64,000 nucleotides of DNA from a bacterium (GCA_963676395.1 OY781066.1:160001-224000), one strand, 5' to 3'. Shown: positions 21,040 through 31,777, counted from the stretch's first letter. Notes: a model not told the origin generated them from the sequence alone. Numbers and translations are program-made.

Positions 21040-23772
21040 CTAATGTGCTTCAAACCAATCTTTACCTACTCCAATATCAACCTTCAAGGGTACATCCAAT
21101 GACGCAGCACCTTCCATAAGACGACGGACATTATTTTCAAGCAATTCCAATTCATCCGGATGTACTTCAAAAACCAATTCATCATGTACTTGTAAGATCA
21201 TCTTTGACCTTAGCTTTTCTTTCTTCATCCAATCATGTATTTTGATCATCGCGATCTTAATGATATCGGCAGCTGTTCCCTGAATAGGCATATTAATAGC
21301 AACACGCTTTGCGGCTTCGGCTAAATTTCGATTTTCGGAATTGATATCTCCAATGAATAGCTTACGACCATAGATCGTAGAGACATAACCCTTTTCTTTA
21401 CAATCACTTACCGTGTTATCGATATAATCTTGAACACCAGTATAACGTGAAAAATATGACTTAATAATGGCACCGGCATCGGCATAGCCGATATTCAATT
21501 CCTGAGAAATTCTATGCGAACCGGCACCATACATAATACCAAAATTAATTACCTTAGCCGTCCGGCGCATATCGGGAGTGACCTCTTCCTGACTTACATT
21601 AAAAACCGTAGATGCTGTATGCGTATGGATATCCGCATCTTCATTAAAAGCTTCCAGTAAATTTGGATCTTTAGAGATATGGGCAGCAACCCTCAACTCC
21701 ACCTGGGAATAATCTGCAGCTAAAATGCTCCAACCATCATTTTGAGATGTAAAAGCGTGACGAATCTCACGTCCCATCTCCGTTCGAATGGGAATATTTT
21801 GAAAATTAGGATTGGTTGAAGACAAACGACCCGTTGATGCAACAGTTTGATTAAAAGATCCATGTATCCTTCCGGTATTTTGGTTTACCAATTGCGGCAA
21901 TGCATCTACATAGGTAGAACGCAATTTAGTTAACATTCTAAATTCCAAAATCTTTTCCGGAAGCGGATGCTCATGCTTAAGTTTTTCCAACACCGTCACA
22001 TCGGTAGAAAATCCGGTCTTTGTTTTCTTAACCGGCTTCAAGCCCAGCTTATCAAACAAGATGTTTGCCAACTGTTTAGGGGAATTAATATTAAAAACAC
22101 CGCCGGCAAGATCATGAATCTCAACCATGGTAGCGGTCATTTTAGCTCCCAACTCACGACTCATCTTTTTCAAATATTTCACATCAATATAAACACCATC
22201 CTGCTGCATAGCCTCTAAAACGGGAACTAAAGGCATTTCAATATCACGTGCGACATCTTCCAAATCACTTTCTTTTAACTTTTTATCAAAAATTGTATAT
22301 AACTGATAAGTAATATCGGCATCTTCAGCAGCATAAAAGATCACTTTATTTATATCAACTTGTGACATTGGGATCTGCTCACTTTTCTTTTCACCGATCA
22401 GCTCGGTAATTGGCTGCATATGATAATGTAAATATTGCTCTGACAATAAATCCAGTTTATAAGAATTCATACCCGGATTAATCAAATAAGCGGCCAACAT
22501 AGTATCAAAGACAGGACCTTTAACATCTGCTCCATGTTGCCTCAAAACTAACATATCAAATTTTGCATGTTGCGCAACCTTCAATATATTTTCATCACAA
22601 AACACAACTTTTAAGATATCAAGCAGCTCAGGCTTATAAGGAATGTAATACCCACTCCAAGGTTTAAAGGCAAATGACATCCCCACCAACGGGGCGGTCA
22701 TGGGATCAATACCATCCGTCTCCGTATCAAAGGCAAATACCTTTTGCTTTTTCAATTGCTTTACAAGCTCAGTTACTTTATCTATGGAATCACAAAGCAC
22801 ATAGTCTTGTGTTTTATCACCACTGCTTAACTTTACAGTCTCATTCTCACTCTTAGATTCACCCGGGCCGGAGTTATCGGAAATTTCATTTTCGAGAGAT
22901 AAATCCTTAATAAACTTATACAGTTCAAGATCCTTCAACTGTTTTAATAGTTCCTGACGCTTAAAATTACCATCAGTTTCCATATCCTTCCACTCAATTG
23001 AAACCGGAACGGATGTATCTATAGTTGCCAACTCGCGACTTAAGCGTGCCATATCAGCTTCATCAATCAATTTTTGACGAGTTTTTTCATTCTTGATATC
23101 ATCAATTGAAGCCAGCAAGTTATCAAGGGACCCAAACGAATTCAAAAATTTGACCGCAGTTTTTTCACCAACACCTTTTACACCGGGAATATTATCCGAA
23201 CTATCACCCATAAGCCCCAACAGATCAATAATACTTTCGGGTGACACGCCCCACTTTTCTTTTACACCATCAGGATCATAAATGGTCAGTGGACGCTTTC
23301 CGGTTGCCGGCGCATACAGATAAACGTGCTCGGTAACCAATTGCATAAAATCCTTATCACCCGATACCATATAAGTATCCATGCCTTCTTCCTCAGCCTT
23401 TTTAGCCAAAGTACCGATAATATCATCTGCCTCGTATCCGGGCATTTCGATCATAGGAATATTCATTGCTGCTAGCAGATCTTTGATCCATTGGATCTGA
23501 GGCCGCATTTCAAAGGGCATTTTTTCACGTGTCGCCTTATATTCGGGATAGCGCTCATGCCGAAACGTCTTTTCTTTAGCATCAAATGCTACGACCAGAT
23601 AATCGGGATCTTCATCCTTTATAATCTTAAAAAGCGCATTTAAAAAGCCATAGGTAGCAGAGATATGACGCCCATCGAAGGTCACTAAAGGGTTTCGTAT
23701 TAGCGCAAAGTGTGCACGATAGGCAATAGCCATACCGTCAATAATGAATAATCTATTTCGTTTGCTTGTCAT
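21040..23772 (-). CDS. polA: DNA polymerase I
   Basis: 5'-3' exonuclease (IIDG, EADDIIG), 3'-5' exonuclease FDTET, and polymerase motifs ADYSQVELR and QVHDELVFE. Start trimmed to 23772. Confidence 0.97.
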   Translation of the reverse strand: MTSKRNRLFIIDGMAIAYRAHFALIRNPLVTFDGRHISATYGFLNALFKIIKDEDPDYLVVAFDAKEKTFRHERYPEYKATREKMPFEMRPQIQWIKDLLAAMNIPMIEMPGYEADDIIGTLAKKAEEEGMDTYMVSGDKDFMQLVTEHVYLYAPATGKRPLTIYDPDGVKEKWGVSPESIIDLLGLMGDSSDNIPGVKGVGEKTAVKFLNSFGSLDNLLASIDDIKNEKTRQKLIDEADMARLSRELATIDTSVPVSIEWKDMETDGNFKRQELLKQLKDLELYKFIKDLSLENEISDNSGPGESKSENETVKLSSGDKTQDYVLCDSIDKVTELVKQLKKQKVFAFDTETDGIDPMTAPLVGMSFAFKPWSGYYIPYKPELLDILKVVFCDENILKVAQHAKFDMLVLRQHGADVKGPVFDTMLAAYLINPGMNSYKLDLLSEQYLHYHMQPITELIGEKKSEQIPMSQVDINKVIFYAAEDADITYQLYTIFDKKLKESDLEDVARDIEMPLVPVLEAMQQDGVYIDVKYLKKMSRELGAKMTATMVEIHDLAGGVFNINSPKQLANILFDKLGLKPVKKTKTGFSTDVTVLEKLKHEHPLPEKILEFRMLTKLRSTYVDALPQLVNQNTGRIHGSFNQTVASTGRLSSTNPNFQNIPIRTEMGREIRHAFTSQNDGWSILAADYSQVELRVAAHISKDPNLLEAFNEDADIHTHTASTVFNVSQEEVTPDMRRTAKVINFGIMYGAGSHRISQELNIGYADAGAIIKSYFSRYTGVQDYIDNTVSDCKEKGYVSTIYGRKLFIGDINSENRNLAEAAKRVAINMPIQGTAADIIKIAMIKIHDWMKKEKLRSKMILQVHDELVFEVHPDELELLENNVRRLMEGAASLDVPLKVDIGVGKDWFEAH

Positions 23773-23910
23773 AATATTCCATTTTGTTTTTTTAATTTCG
23801 GGATTTTTCTTTATTTTTACAAGTAAAAGCGTAAGTTGTGAGTCATAAGGTGAACTCGTTATTTCTCGCTCAAAACGCAATAAGCTCTAAACACTAGGCT
23901 CAAAACTATT

Positions 23911-25656
23911 ATGAAAAACATTAAATATTTTATTTTTACTCTTATCACCCTTCTTGCTTTTAGCGCCTGCTCGGAAGCACCTGCATTGGATCCACCCGTT
24001 TTGAGTGACAAATGGATCACGGTTTACGATATTGATTCCGAGGGTATTTCTAAAAACTGGATCAATGAATTCCCAAACTCTAACTTCACGGGTTCAACCT
24101 GGGAAGACTGGCAGACTCCCACCGCTCGCTATCGCTGGCACAAACAACGATTCAAGGTTGGTACCCTAGACAGTACATCCTGCTATTATTTAAACTGTTC
24201 CACCATAGCTTCCCCATCATTGATCTGGCTGAATGGCAAACTTCTTAATGTGCTTGAATACTCGGAAAATTATACAATCCCTATAGACAAAGAATTAATA
24301 GAGAATGACTATAATGAGATCATCATCCGCAATGAGTATAAAGAGAATTCTTTTGGTATCCATCATCTTGACATTGTTAAAAACAGTGGTTCTTCTTGCT
24401 ATGATAATAAAAAATATGATTATCATGCCATGCCCTTATACAACGATATGCCTTCATTTTCACACGATATGATCATTTATGAGGCTTATGTAAGACAAAT
24501 TGAGGATGGCAAATTCTCTAATCTCATTAATATGAGCTCAAGACTTCAACAACTGGGTGTTAATATGGTGCGACTCCTTCCCATACATCCGGCTACTCGT
24601 GTAAGCAAAACATCGTATCCCGATCCTTACGCTGTAAGAGATTATTTTTCTACTGCCGCAGAACTAGGCAGTATGACACAATTCTCCTCCCTACGGGCTT
24701 TATTGCACCGAAATAACATCAAATTAATGATAGACTCCCCCATCACTTTCTCCGCCAAAGATCATTCGTGGGTAAGAGACTATAAAAATTATTATATCAC
24801 GAATGCTGAAGGCACTCCGCTTAGCGATAAAACTCATAATAATACGGCATTGTTTGACCTAAACGATACGAAGCTTCGTTCAAGATTATATTCATACTTT
24901 GATTTCTGGTTGGATCAAGGTGTTGATGCCTTCAGAATTGATAACAGTGAAAACTTGGATAAAGAATTTTATTCTGACTTACGCGATCACTTTATCAAAA
25001 AAGGTAAAAATGTTTTTCTTTCAGCTGACGGTATTAAAGCTGAACATATGCTCTATGGTTTCAATACTGTCGATGGAAAAGAGCTTTATAAAACCTTTTT
25101 GGCCATCAAAGAAAAGCGTGCAAAAGCGGGCCTGATTGGTGAGACATTAAATAAAGAAATTAAATCCTATCCTGCCGGAACAAAGATCATTCACTATACA
25201 GAAACATTGGATACAGAAAGAGCTTGGGATGCTTTAGGTGTTCCAGACCATCATCTTGCACTCTTTACCATTTTTACGGCACCCGGTATCCCCATGATCC
25301 AAGCTGGTGAAGAACTAAGAGATCCCCCAACATTTTCTTTAACAGAGAAAAAAGATGTTGTCTGGTATCGTATCTACTGGCCAACCTATAGGCTGATTGA
25401 AAAGCTATCAAAACTTCGTAAAGATTCTCCTATTCTTACCAGGGGTGATTTCAAACAGATCGCCACGACTGAATCTATCGCAGGTTTCTCTCGTCGTTAC
25501 AGAAACGAAACCTGGTTTATTCTTATGAACTACAGTGATCATGATATTACATACAATATTGATGCGAAAAACACCGTATTTAGTGACGGATCATCAAAGG
25601 TTGTGGGTGAAGGGAAAGTAAGCCTAAAAGCAAAAGGGTATTGTATTGTAAAATAG
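23911..25656 (+). CDS. GH13 alpha-amylase-like lipoprotein with N-terminal sugar-binding (jelly-roll-like) domain
   Basis: Lipobox FSAC; IYEAYVR, LLPIHP, PYAVRDY, GVDAFRID and PGIPMIQAGEE motifs. Confidence 0.8.
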   Translation: MKNIKYFIFTLITLLAFSACSEAPALDPPVLSDKWITVYDIDSEGISKNWINEFPNSNFTGSTWEDWQTPTARYRWHKQRFKVGTLDSTSCYYLNCSTIASPSLIWLNGKLLNVLEYSENYTIPIDKELIENDYNEIIIRNEYKENSFGIHHLDIVKNSGSSCYDNKKYDYHAMPLYNDMPSFSHDMIIYEAYVRQIEDGKFSNLINMSSRLQQLGVNMVRLLPIHPATRVSKTSYPDPYAVRDYFSTAAELGSMTQFSSLRALLHRNNIKLMIDSPITFSAKDHSWVRDYKNYYITNAEGTPLSDKTHNNTALFDLNDTKLRSRLYSYFDFWLDQGVDAFRIDNSENLDKEFYSDLRDHFIKKGKNVFLSADGIKAEHMLYGFNTVDGKELYKTFLAIKEKRAKAGLIGETLNKEIKSYPAGTKIIHYTETLDTERAWDALGVPDHHLALFTIFTAPGIPMIQAGEELRDPPTFSLTEKKDVVWYRIYWPTYRLIEKLSKLRKDSPILTRGDFKQIATTESIAGFSRRYRNETWFILMNYSDHDITYNIDAKNTVFSDGSSKVVGEGKVSLKAKGYCIVK

Positions 25657-25749
25657 TGATTGCTTATAGTAATAAATATTTCATATTCGCCCTTAAAACT
25701 TGTAACTTGTAAGGGCAGTAATGAATCATCATGAAAATGAAACCCAAAT

Positions 25750-25779
25750 AAAAAGGACTCCCTAAGCAGTCCTTTTTTT
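25750..25779. terminator. Bidirectional terminator
   Basis: aaaaaggact-ccctaagc-agtccttttttt between convergent genes. Confidence 0.8.
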
Positions 25780-25799
25780 ATTTCATTCTTAACTTTAAA

Positions 25800-28007
25800 T
25801 CAAATAAGGTATCCAATACTAAAAAATAAGCTCGGTTTAAAAACAATATCCCTATCCGGTGAAATACCGTTCATAAATCCAAACCTTAATGGACCAATGA
25901 TCGTTTGATAACCAAAGTCAAAACCAAATCCATAATGTTCGTTTGTTTGACTGGGATCTATCAAATCTTGAATAAGATAAGAGTCAACATGAAAGCCAAA
26001 TCTTAATTTATTCTCAAATTTTCTATAGAATGATACTCCCGCACCAAAGGCCTTCCTGCTAATAAATTCATTGGATTTAAACCCCCAAAATGGCAGAGAG
26101 TATTTATTATTACTTCTTTCACCTCCAATGGGCGCATAGCGAGCAATATCTTTACTGCTACCATAAGTGATAAGTGTATTGGCTCGTAAACACATAATAC
26201 TTTTACCGAGCTCAAAATAGTGCCTATAACGAAAAAAAGTCTGAATATATCGCTGAAATTCATCCAACTCACCAATATCATACACTACGGAAGACAAATA
26301 AGTATACATTGGACTCACAAAACTTTGCCTAAGATAAAATTCAGCTCCTCTATTGGGGAAATAATAATCATCGAGCGTATTAAATTCATATATAAAATTA
26401 AGTGCAAGATCATTAAAGAAAATATACTTAAGAGAATCATTTTCACGATTTACCGGATTTAAATAAGTGGTATTATCTGAAATATTCAAACCAACTTTAT
26501 TATTTTCCAACGGAAAGTAAGCAATACCGGTATAAACATCCGTATTATAATATTCATAGTCTATTTCTTCATCAAAATATGAAACAGACCTTTTTTCCTT
26601 TGAAGTTTCAAATCCCAAATTTGCCCACAATTTATTATTTTTTCCAAGATAAACTCCATATTCACCATTTATGCGATAGTATCTTGACAAATAAGCTGAT
26701 AAGGTTAATCGGGAATGTTTTAGCCAAAGATCTCTATGTAAATAAGTCAGATTAATACCAAATGAATGTGTATTACTAAAATAAAGGGATGTATTTATGT
26801 TTGTCGCTGTTTTTTCGGAACATCGTATATGAAGTGTGTTTTTATTACCTTCATGTGAAATTCCATAATCGATCTTATTAAAAAGAGAGGTTCCATATAG
26901 TTTTTCGATCTTTCTTTTAATTAACTCCTGATCAATAATATCACCTTCTTTGAGCTCCAGATATTTCATAAGCAATTCATCATCTGCAATTTTATTATTT
27001 TCAATTACAATATGATCAATGACTATTTTCTTCTTTGTGAGATTATTTTCTCTTTTTGTATTTTGAGTTTTTACTTTTCTAATCTTATCAATTTGCTGTT
27101 GTGCTGTCTTATAACCTAAGTTGATAAGAGAATCCGCCATATTAAAATCCATTAAATTGATATTACCAAATTCATGTTCAATTAAAATGTCAACTTTCTT
27201 TTTCTCCCTTTCAGAATCTTTAATACCACTAAAGGTACTGATCTGCCCCATAATGGCCGTCATACTGTTCAATTCTTCTTTTTTATAAAGGACTCCCCCG
27301 GTATACGAACCTATGATAAAATCTGCTCCCATATCCAAGGCTTCTTGAACAGGAAAATTATGCATCAGACCACCATCTACATATAAAGCACCATCTATCT
27401 CTATCGCAGAAAATGCTGAGGGGATAGCCATGCTTGCCCTGATTGCGTCAGCAAGATTCCCGGAATCAAATATTACTGGTTCGCACTTTTCTATATCAAC
27501 GGCAACAGTTCTAAAAGGGATCTGCAAAGAATCAAAATCATTGATCATGGCGACGGGAAAAGTATAATACTGAAGCATTGCAGATACCTGCTGTCCCTGA
27601 ATCAGGCTGTTGGGAGCGGAGATTTTCCAATTCTCAACGGGCATATTGAACAATTCCTGTCTGAAATTCTTTTTCTCTTCAAATATGACGTCTCTTTCGG
27701 AAATATCACTGGACAGGATCGCTTTCCAATCAGTATGTCTAACGATATATTCCAAACTATCAGCGGAATACCCCATAGCATATAAACCGGCAACAATACT
27801 ACCCATGCTCACACCGGTAATATAATCAGGAACAATGCCTTCTTCTTCCAGCGCTTTCAAAACACCGATATGAGCAAAACCTTTAGCTCCCCCGCCGCTT
27901 AGCACCAACCCGATCTTTGGTAAATTGTTTTCTGCCGCATGTACAAGTGTAAAGAGACATATGGCAAGGACCCTAAAAATGGATACATAATTTTTCATTA
28001 TCCCCAA
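25800..28007 (-). CDS. Patatin-like phospholipase with POTRA and Omp85-like barrel (PlpD/type Vd-like)
   Basis: LSGGGAKG, GVSMG and DGG motifs; central POTRA-like segment; aromatic beta-strand C-terminus (FSIGYLI). Confidence 0.85.
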   Translation of the reverse strand: MGIMKNYVSIFRVLAICLFTLVHAAENNLPKIGLVLSGGGAKGFAHIGVLKALEEEGIVPDYITGVSMGSIVAGLYAMGYSADSLEYIVRHTDWKAILSSDISERDVIFEEKKNFRQELFNMPVENWKISAPNSLIQGQQVSAMLQYYTFPVAMINDFDSLQIPFRTVAVDIEKCEPVIFDSGNLADAIRASMAIPSAFSAIEIDGALYVDGGLMHNFPVQEALDMGADFIIGSYTGGVLYKKEELNSMTAIMGQISTFSGIKDSEREKKKVDILIEHEFGNINLMDFNMADSLINLGYKTAQQQIDKIRKVKTQNTKRENNLTKKKIVIDHIVIENNKIADDELLMKYLELKEGDIIDQELIKRKIEKLYGTSLFNKIDYGISHEGNKNTLHIRCSEKTATNINTSLYFSNTHSFGINLTYLHRDLWLKHSRLTLSAYLSRYYRINGEYGVYLGKNNKLWANLGFETSKEKRSVSYFDEEIDYEYYNTDVYTGIAYFPLENNKVGLNISDNTTYLNPVNRENDSLKYIFFNDLALNFIYEFNTLDDYYFPNRGAEFYLRQSFVSPMYTYLSSVVYDIGELDEFQRYIQTFFRYRHYFELGKSIMCLRANTLITYGSSKDIARYAPIGGERSNNKYSLPFWGFKSNEFISRKAFGAGVSFYRKFENKLRFGFHVDSYLIQDLIDPSQTNEHYGFGFDFGYQTIIGPLRFGFMNGISPDRDIVFKPSLFFSIGYLI

Positions 28008-28291
28008 CTCCCAGTCTATATCAAAAGTATCATAGTTAAATTTTCTTTAAATTATATTGATGGACGTGTTCGAATGCAAGATATTTTTTAAGGGATAGGT
28101 TAAATTGTTCAGTGACAGCGTATCCGGCATAGAATGGCTCTGGTGGATGAAATCAATCCCATATTTATCCTTAAATCATTTGTTTTTTTATTGGTTTTAA
28201 TTTTTCCACTTTGTAATATTTTACACCAATTGTTCCAGTTGATCTACAGATAGGATGGAACAAGATTCAATACTAACTATGAAAGGATGTT

Positions 28292-29521
28292 ATGAAACGG
28301 ATTAAAACTATTATTAATGGAATTATTATAAGCACTATTTTTCTCAGTTGTTCATTTCAGACCGGATTGGACGTTGCGGCGAAAAAGGATTTTTCAATGT
28401 TGAAAGATAAAAAAGTCGGCGTCGTCACCAATCATACCGCCATCAGCGTCAAAGGCGAACATATCGTTGATCTGATGCATGAACGCGGTGTCAACATCAA
28501 AGCGATCCTGGCCCCGGAACACGGATTTAGAGGCAATATCGAGCGCGGCGTGGTCATTGAAGGGTCGAATATCGATCCCGCCACCGGCGCCGAGATATTC
28601 AGTATCTATGGCAACAACCGGAAACCCTCGCCTGAGATGCTGGCAGGCCTTGATGTGTTGGTCTTCGATATCCAGGATGTGGGATCTAGGTTCTATACTT
28701 ATATTTCAACATTGGGCAAGGTCATGGAGGCTGCGGCTGAAAATGGCGTCGCCGTCTATATTTTCGACCGTCCCAATCCCATCGGCCGTCTGGCGGAAGG
28801 CCCGCTCATGCAGCCTGAGTTCGTTTCCTTTGTGGGTCAGTATCCCATTATCCTGCGCCATGGCATGACCATTGGGGAATTGGCCCTGATATACAAAGAC
28901 ATGGGGTTTATCAATGCCGCCGATCAGCTTGAACTGAACATAGTCAAAATGGCTAATTGGAACCCCGAAAAGCCCTATGCAGATTACAAATTGCCCTGGA
29001 TCGCCCCTTCCCCGAATATCAAGAACGTCAATGAAGCGCTTGTCTATCCAGGTACCTGCCTGTTTGAGGGAACAAACTTTTCAGAAGGCCGCGGCACCGT
29101 ACATCCCTTCGAATGGGTCGGCGCCCCTTATGTAGAACCGGAAAAGGTTATCGCAGAATTGACAAAAAGAAATATTAAAGGCGTTGAAATGGAGCCCGTT
29201 ACCTTTACACCGATTGATATCCCCGGAACAGCATTGAATCCTGCATATAAAGATATCGAATGCCATGGTTTGTCCCTGACTGTTACGGACCCGGTTCATT
29301 TCAAATCATTGGAATTTGGCGTCCATTTGATCAGTGTTCTCATTGAGCTTTATCCCGACGATTTTATCATTGATCGACCTGAATTCCTTGGAAATCTTTG
29401 GGGAAACAAAAAGGCCGCCAAGATGTTCTCTGAACACAAGACGGCCGAAGAGATCATTGCCAGCTACAAGGATGAACTGGACAATTTTATCAATGTAAGG
29501 GAAAAATATCTACTCTATTGA
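28292..29521 (+). CDS. Exo-beta-N-acetylmuramidase NamZ family (DUF1343), probable lipoprotein
   Basis: TNHTA, PEHGFRG, DIQDVGSRFYTY, DRPNP and SEGRGT motifs; FLSC lipobox. Confidence 0.9.
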   Translation: MKRIKTIINGIIISTIFLSCSFQTGLDVAAKKDFSMLKDKKVGVVTNHTAISVKGEHIVDLMHERGVNIKAILAPEHGFRGNIERGVVIEGSNIDPATGAEIFSIYGNNRKPSPEMLAGLDVLVFDIQDVGSRFYTYISTLGKVMEAAAENGVAVYIFDRPNPIGRLAEGPLMQPEFVSFVGQYPIILRHGMTIGELALIYKDMGFINAADQLELNIVKMANWNPEKPYADYKLPWIAPSPNIKNVNEALVYPGTCLFEGTNFSEGRGTVHPFEWVGAPYVEPEKVIAELTKRNIKGVEMEPVTFTPIDIPGTALNPAYKDIECHGLSLTVTDPVHFKSLEFGVHLISVLIELYPDDFIIDRPEFLGNLWGNKKAAKMFSEHKTAEEIIASYKDELDNFINVREKYLLY

Positions 29522-29523
29522 TC

Positions 29524-30753
29524 TTATCTGTATAGATGATATTTTTTGGACATGGCTTTAAATTCCTGAACCCCTTCCTCAAAGATGGGCCTGATATCTT
29601 CAAAGCGGTAGTTTTTCATAAAGGTCTTACGGATCTCATCGGTTCCGCACACCTTATCGAACATACTCCATCTGTTTTTGCTTTCGGCAAAGATATCATG
29701 TTCCGGATAGAGTTCATGAGCTACTTGCATAAAATAGAATTGAAGGTAGGTTAATTCCACTTTTCTAAAATCCGTAATAAATATCTGAACCCCTTTCAGG
29801 TACTTGCCCTGATGCGCTCCGTAAAAAGGCTTATAGGCTATCGGCGTGAAGATGACGCCTTCCAATCCCAATCCGTTCATGGCATCGCACAGTTCCTGCG
29901 ATTCCATCCATTCGGCGGCAAAACACTTGAACGGCACCGTATACCCGATCCCGATGTTGACCATATACAGTTCGCCCAATATACCGGTAGCAGTACAATG
30001 TGGTGGTGTATCTCCCTCCGGGATATGAGGAGAAGATGGCAACCATTCCAATCCCGTATCTTCAAAGGCCATCTTCCGTTTCCAGCCTTTCATAGGGACA
30101 ACGGTCAGATCACATTTTACCTTGTTTTCCAAAAGGCCTTCTTCATTGTAGACCCTGGCAAGTTCACCGATGGTCAATCCATGGACATAAGGGATCTTAT
30201 AAGCGCTCACAGGCGAATAAAAACCTTCTTTGGCCGGTACGCCTTCCACGATATTACCTGTCAGCGGATTGGGGCGGTCCAGAACCACGAATTCTTTACC
30301 GTACTCCGCGGCAGCTTCCATACAATAGCCCAGAGTGCTGATATAGGTATACGAACGGATCCCAATATCCTGAATATCAAAAACGAGAACATCAACGTTT
30401 TTCAGCGATTCTTCCGAGGGTTTGCCCGTCGTGCCGTTATAAAGAGAATAGACCGTTACGCCCGTTGCGGGATCGATCGTATTTCCGACCGATTCACCTG
30501 CATCATAACCACCTCTGACGCCATGTTCCGGACCGTACAATGCCACCAGGTTTACTTCGGGTGCTTCAAAGAGGATATCTACCGTCGATCTTAGATCCTG
30601 ACTGACTCCCGTTTGATTGGTGATTAAGCCGACACGTTTTCCTTTGAGGATATCAAATCCCCGTTCTTCCAATACATCAATACCCAATTTCACTTTCGGT
30701 TGCATCCCAAAACATAAGGACACTATCAGAAGGCTAATTACAACACGTTTCAT
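29524..30753 (-). CDS. Exo-beta-N-acetylmuramidase NamZ family (DUF1343)
   Basis: TNQTG, PEHGVRG, DIQDIGIRSYTY and DRPNP motifs; N-terminal signal peptide. Confidence 0.9.
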   Translation of the reverse strand: MKRVVISLLIVSLCFGMQPKVKLGIDVLEERGFDILKGKRVGLITNQTGVSQDLRSTVDILFEAPEVNLVALYGPEHGVRGGYDAGESVGNTIDPATGVTVYSLYNGTTGKPSEESLKNVDVLVFDIQDIGIRSYTYISTLGYCMEAAAEYGKEFVVLDRPNPLTGNIVEGVPAKEGFYSPVSAYKIPYVHGLTIGELARVYNEEGLLENKVKCDLTVVPMKGWKRKMAFEDTGLEWLPSSPHIPEGDTPPHCTATGILGELYMVNIGIGYTVPFKCFAAEWMESQELCDAMNGLGLEGVIFTPIAYKPFYGAHQGKYLKGVQIFITDFRKVELTYLQFYFMQVAHELYPEHDIFAESKNRWSMFDKVCGTDEIRKTFMKNYRFEDIRPIFEEGVQEFKAMSKKYHLYR

Positions 30754-30908
30754 AGATATACTCCTTTTTTTCGCACTGATTGGCGGTCATTAAACATTAC
30801 GTAACATTACATGCTTAGTACAGAATTACGGATTAATCTAATACTTTCAATATAACTTGTCAATTGAAAGACATGATCATAAACAGTATTCATAATAAAA
30901 TTATGAAT

Positions 30909-30933
30909 AAAAAAACCCCGGCAAGCCGAGGTT
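30909..30933 (-). terminator. Terminator after rpsT
   Basis: Minus strand aacctcgg-cttg-ccggggtt followed by a T-run. Confidence 0.75.
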
Positions 30934-30958
30934 GAAATACTTGTGCTTTAAACTTGGA

Positions 30959-31210
30959 TTATAAAGCGTTGACGCGTTTGGCCAGACGTGATTTCTTGTT
31001 GGCTGCTGCATTCTTGTGAATAATGCCTTTTTGGGCAACTTTGTCAATAACAGAAACGGCTTCAGAATACACTTTCAATGCTTCTTCTTTGTTTGTAGCC
31101 TCTTCTACGCGACGGATCGCAGTTTTCATCTGTGATTTGTACTGACGGTTACGTAGATTTCTTGTTTTTGTCTGACGAATTCTTTTCTTCGTTGATAATG
31201 GATATGCCAT
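30959..31210 (-). CDS. rpsT: 30S ribosomal protein S20
   Basis: KKRIRQ...RNRQYKSQMKT...KGIIHKNAAANKKSRL. Confidence 0.96.
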   Translation of the reverse strand: MAYPLSTKKRIRQTKTRNLRNRQYKSQMKTAIRRVEEATNKEEALKVYSEAVSVIDKVAQKGIIHKNAAANKKSRLAKRVNAL

Positions 31211-31324
31211 GTATTCCTCTTTTATCTCGTATTAAAAAGCTGACAAAAATACAATATGAATCTCGAATTGTCAATGTTTTTATTACATATGGGTTCGAAA
31301 TAAATTTAAGGCGTTTCAAAAATA

Positions 31325-31352
31325 CGTAAGACGTAAATCGTAAGATGTAAAT
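31325..31352 (+). repeat. Heptamer array cgtaaga cgtaaat cgtaaga tgtaaat
   Basis: Read directly; related in inverted orientation to the array at 31778-31805. Confidence 0.75.
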
Positions 31353-31388
31353 CATAGTAAAAAGCGTTTATGGGTAGCAACAGTTAAT

Positions 31389-31649
31389 TCAAGCGTTTTT
31401 TTTAAATCTTATAAGGCCAAGAAACATACCTTTTAACTCGGTTAAATGTTTATCAATATGCTCAAGTTTTAGTAACCCTAATCTTTCTCCAACAATATAC
31501 TGGATCTTAATCTCTGACAATTAGCCCAAAGAATAGTATGAAATTTTGCAGTTTCTATATCACTTGATCTAGTTGCAGCTTCAATAATATTTAAGGGAAC
31601 AGAATCGGCTGCTTGTCTCCCATACATCCAGATCACGGTATGTTTTCAT
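31389..31649 (-). pseudogene. Degraded four-helix-bundle (23S rRNA IVS-protein family) gene
   Basis: Manual translation across frames: MKTYRDLDVW / RQAADSVPLNIIEAATRSS / SYYSLG*LSEIKIQYIVGERLGLL...LKGMFLGLIR. Shows an internal deletion, frameshifts and an in-frame TAA; GGAG RBS retained. Confidence 0.75.
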
Positions 31650-31697
31650 ATTATTCTCCCCTCTCTCACCAAGATCGGTATATTTATTAATTAAAAA

Positions 31698-31720
31698 AAG
31701 TGTGACGCAAATCACACTTT
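31698..31720. promoter_or_regulatory. TGTGA-N6-TCACA palindrome (CRP/FNR/Rex-like site, or a terminator hairpin)
   Basis: aagTGTGAcgcaaaTCACActtt. Confidence 0.45.
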
Positions 31721-31777
31721 CTAATCTTTATTTACTTCTCGAATATTTTGACTGTTCACAATTCAGCAAACACAATA

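Noticed and set aside
29812..30594. 260-aa plus-strand ORF
   Set aside because: Antisense to a clear NamZ gene in GC-richer DNA; no motifs.
31389..31649. Diversity-generating retroelement (Avd-like gene)
   Set aside because: No reverse transcriptase or TR/VR repeat pair in the window.
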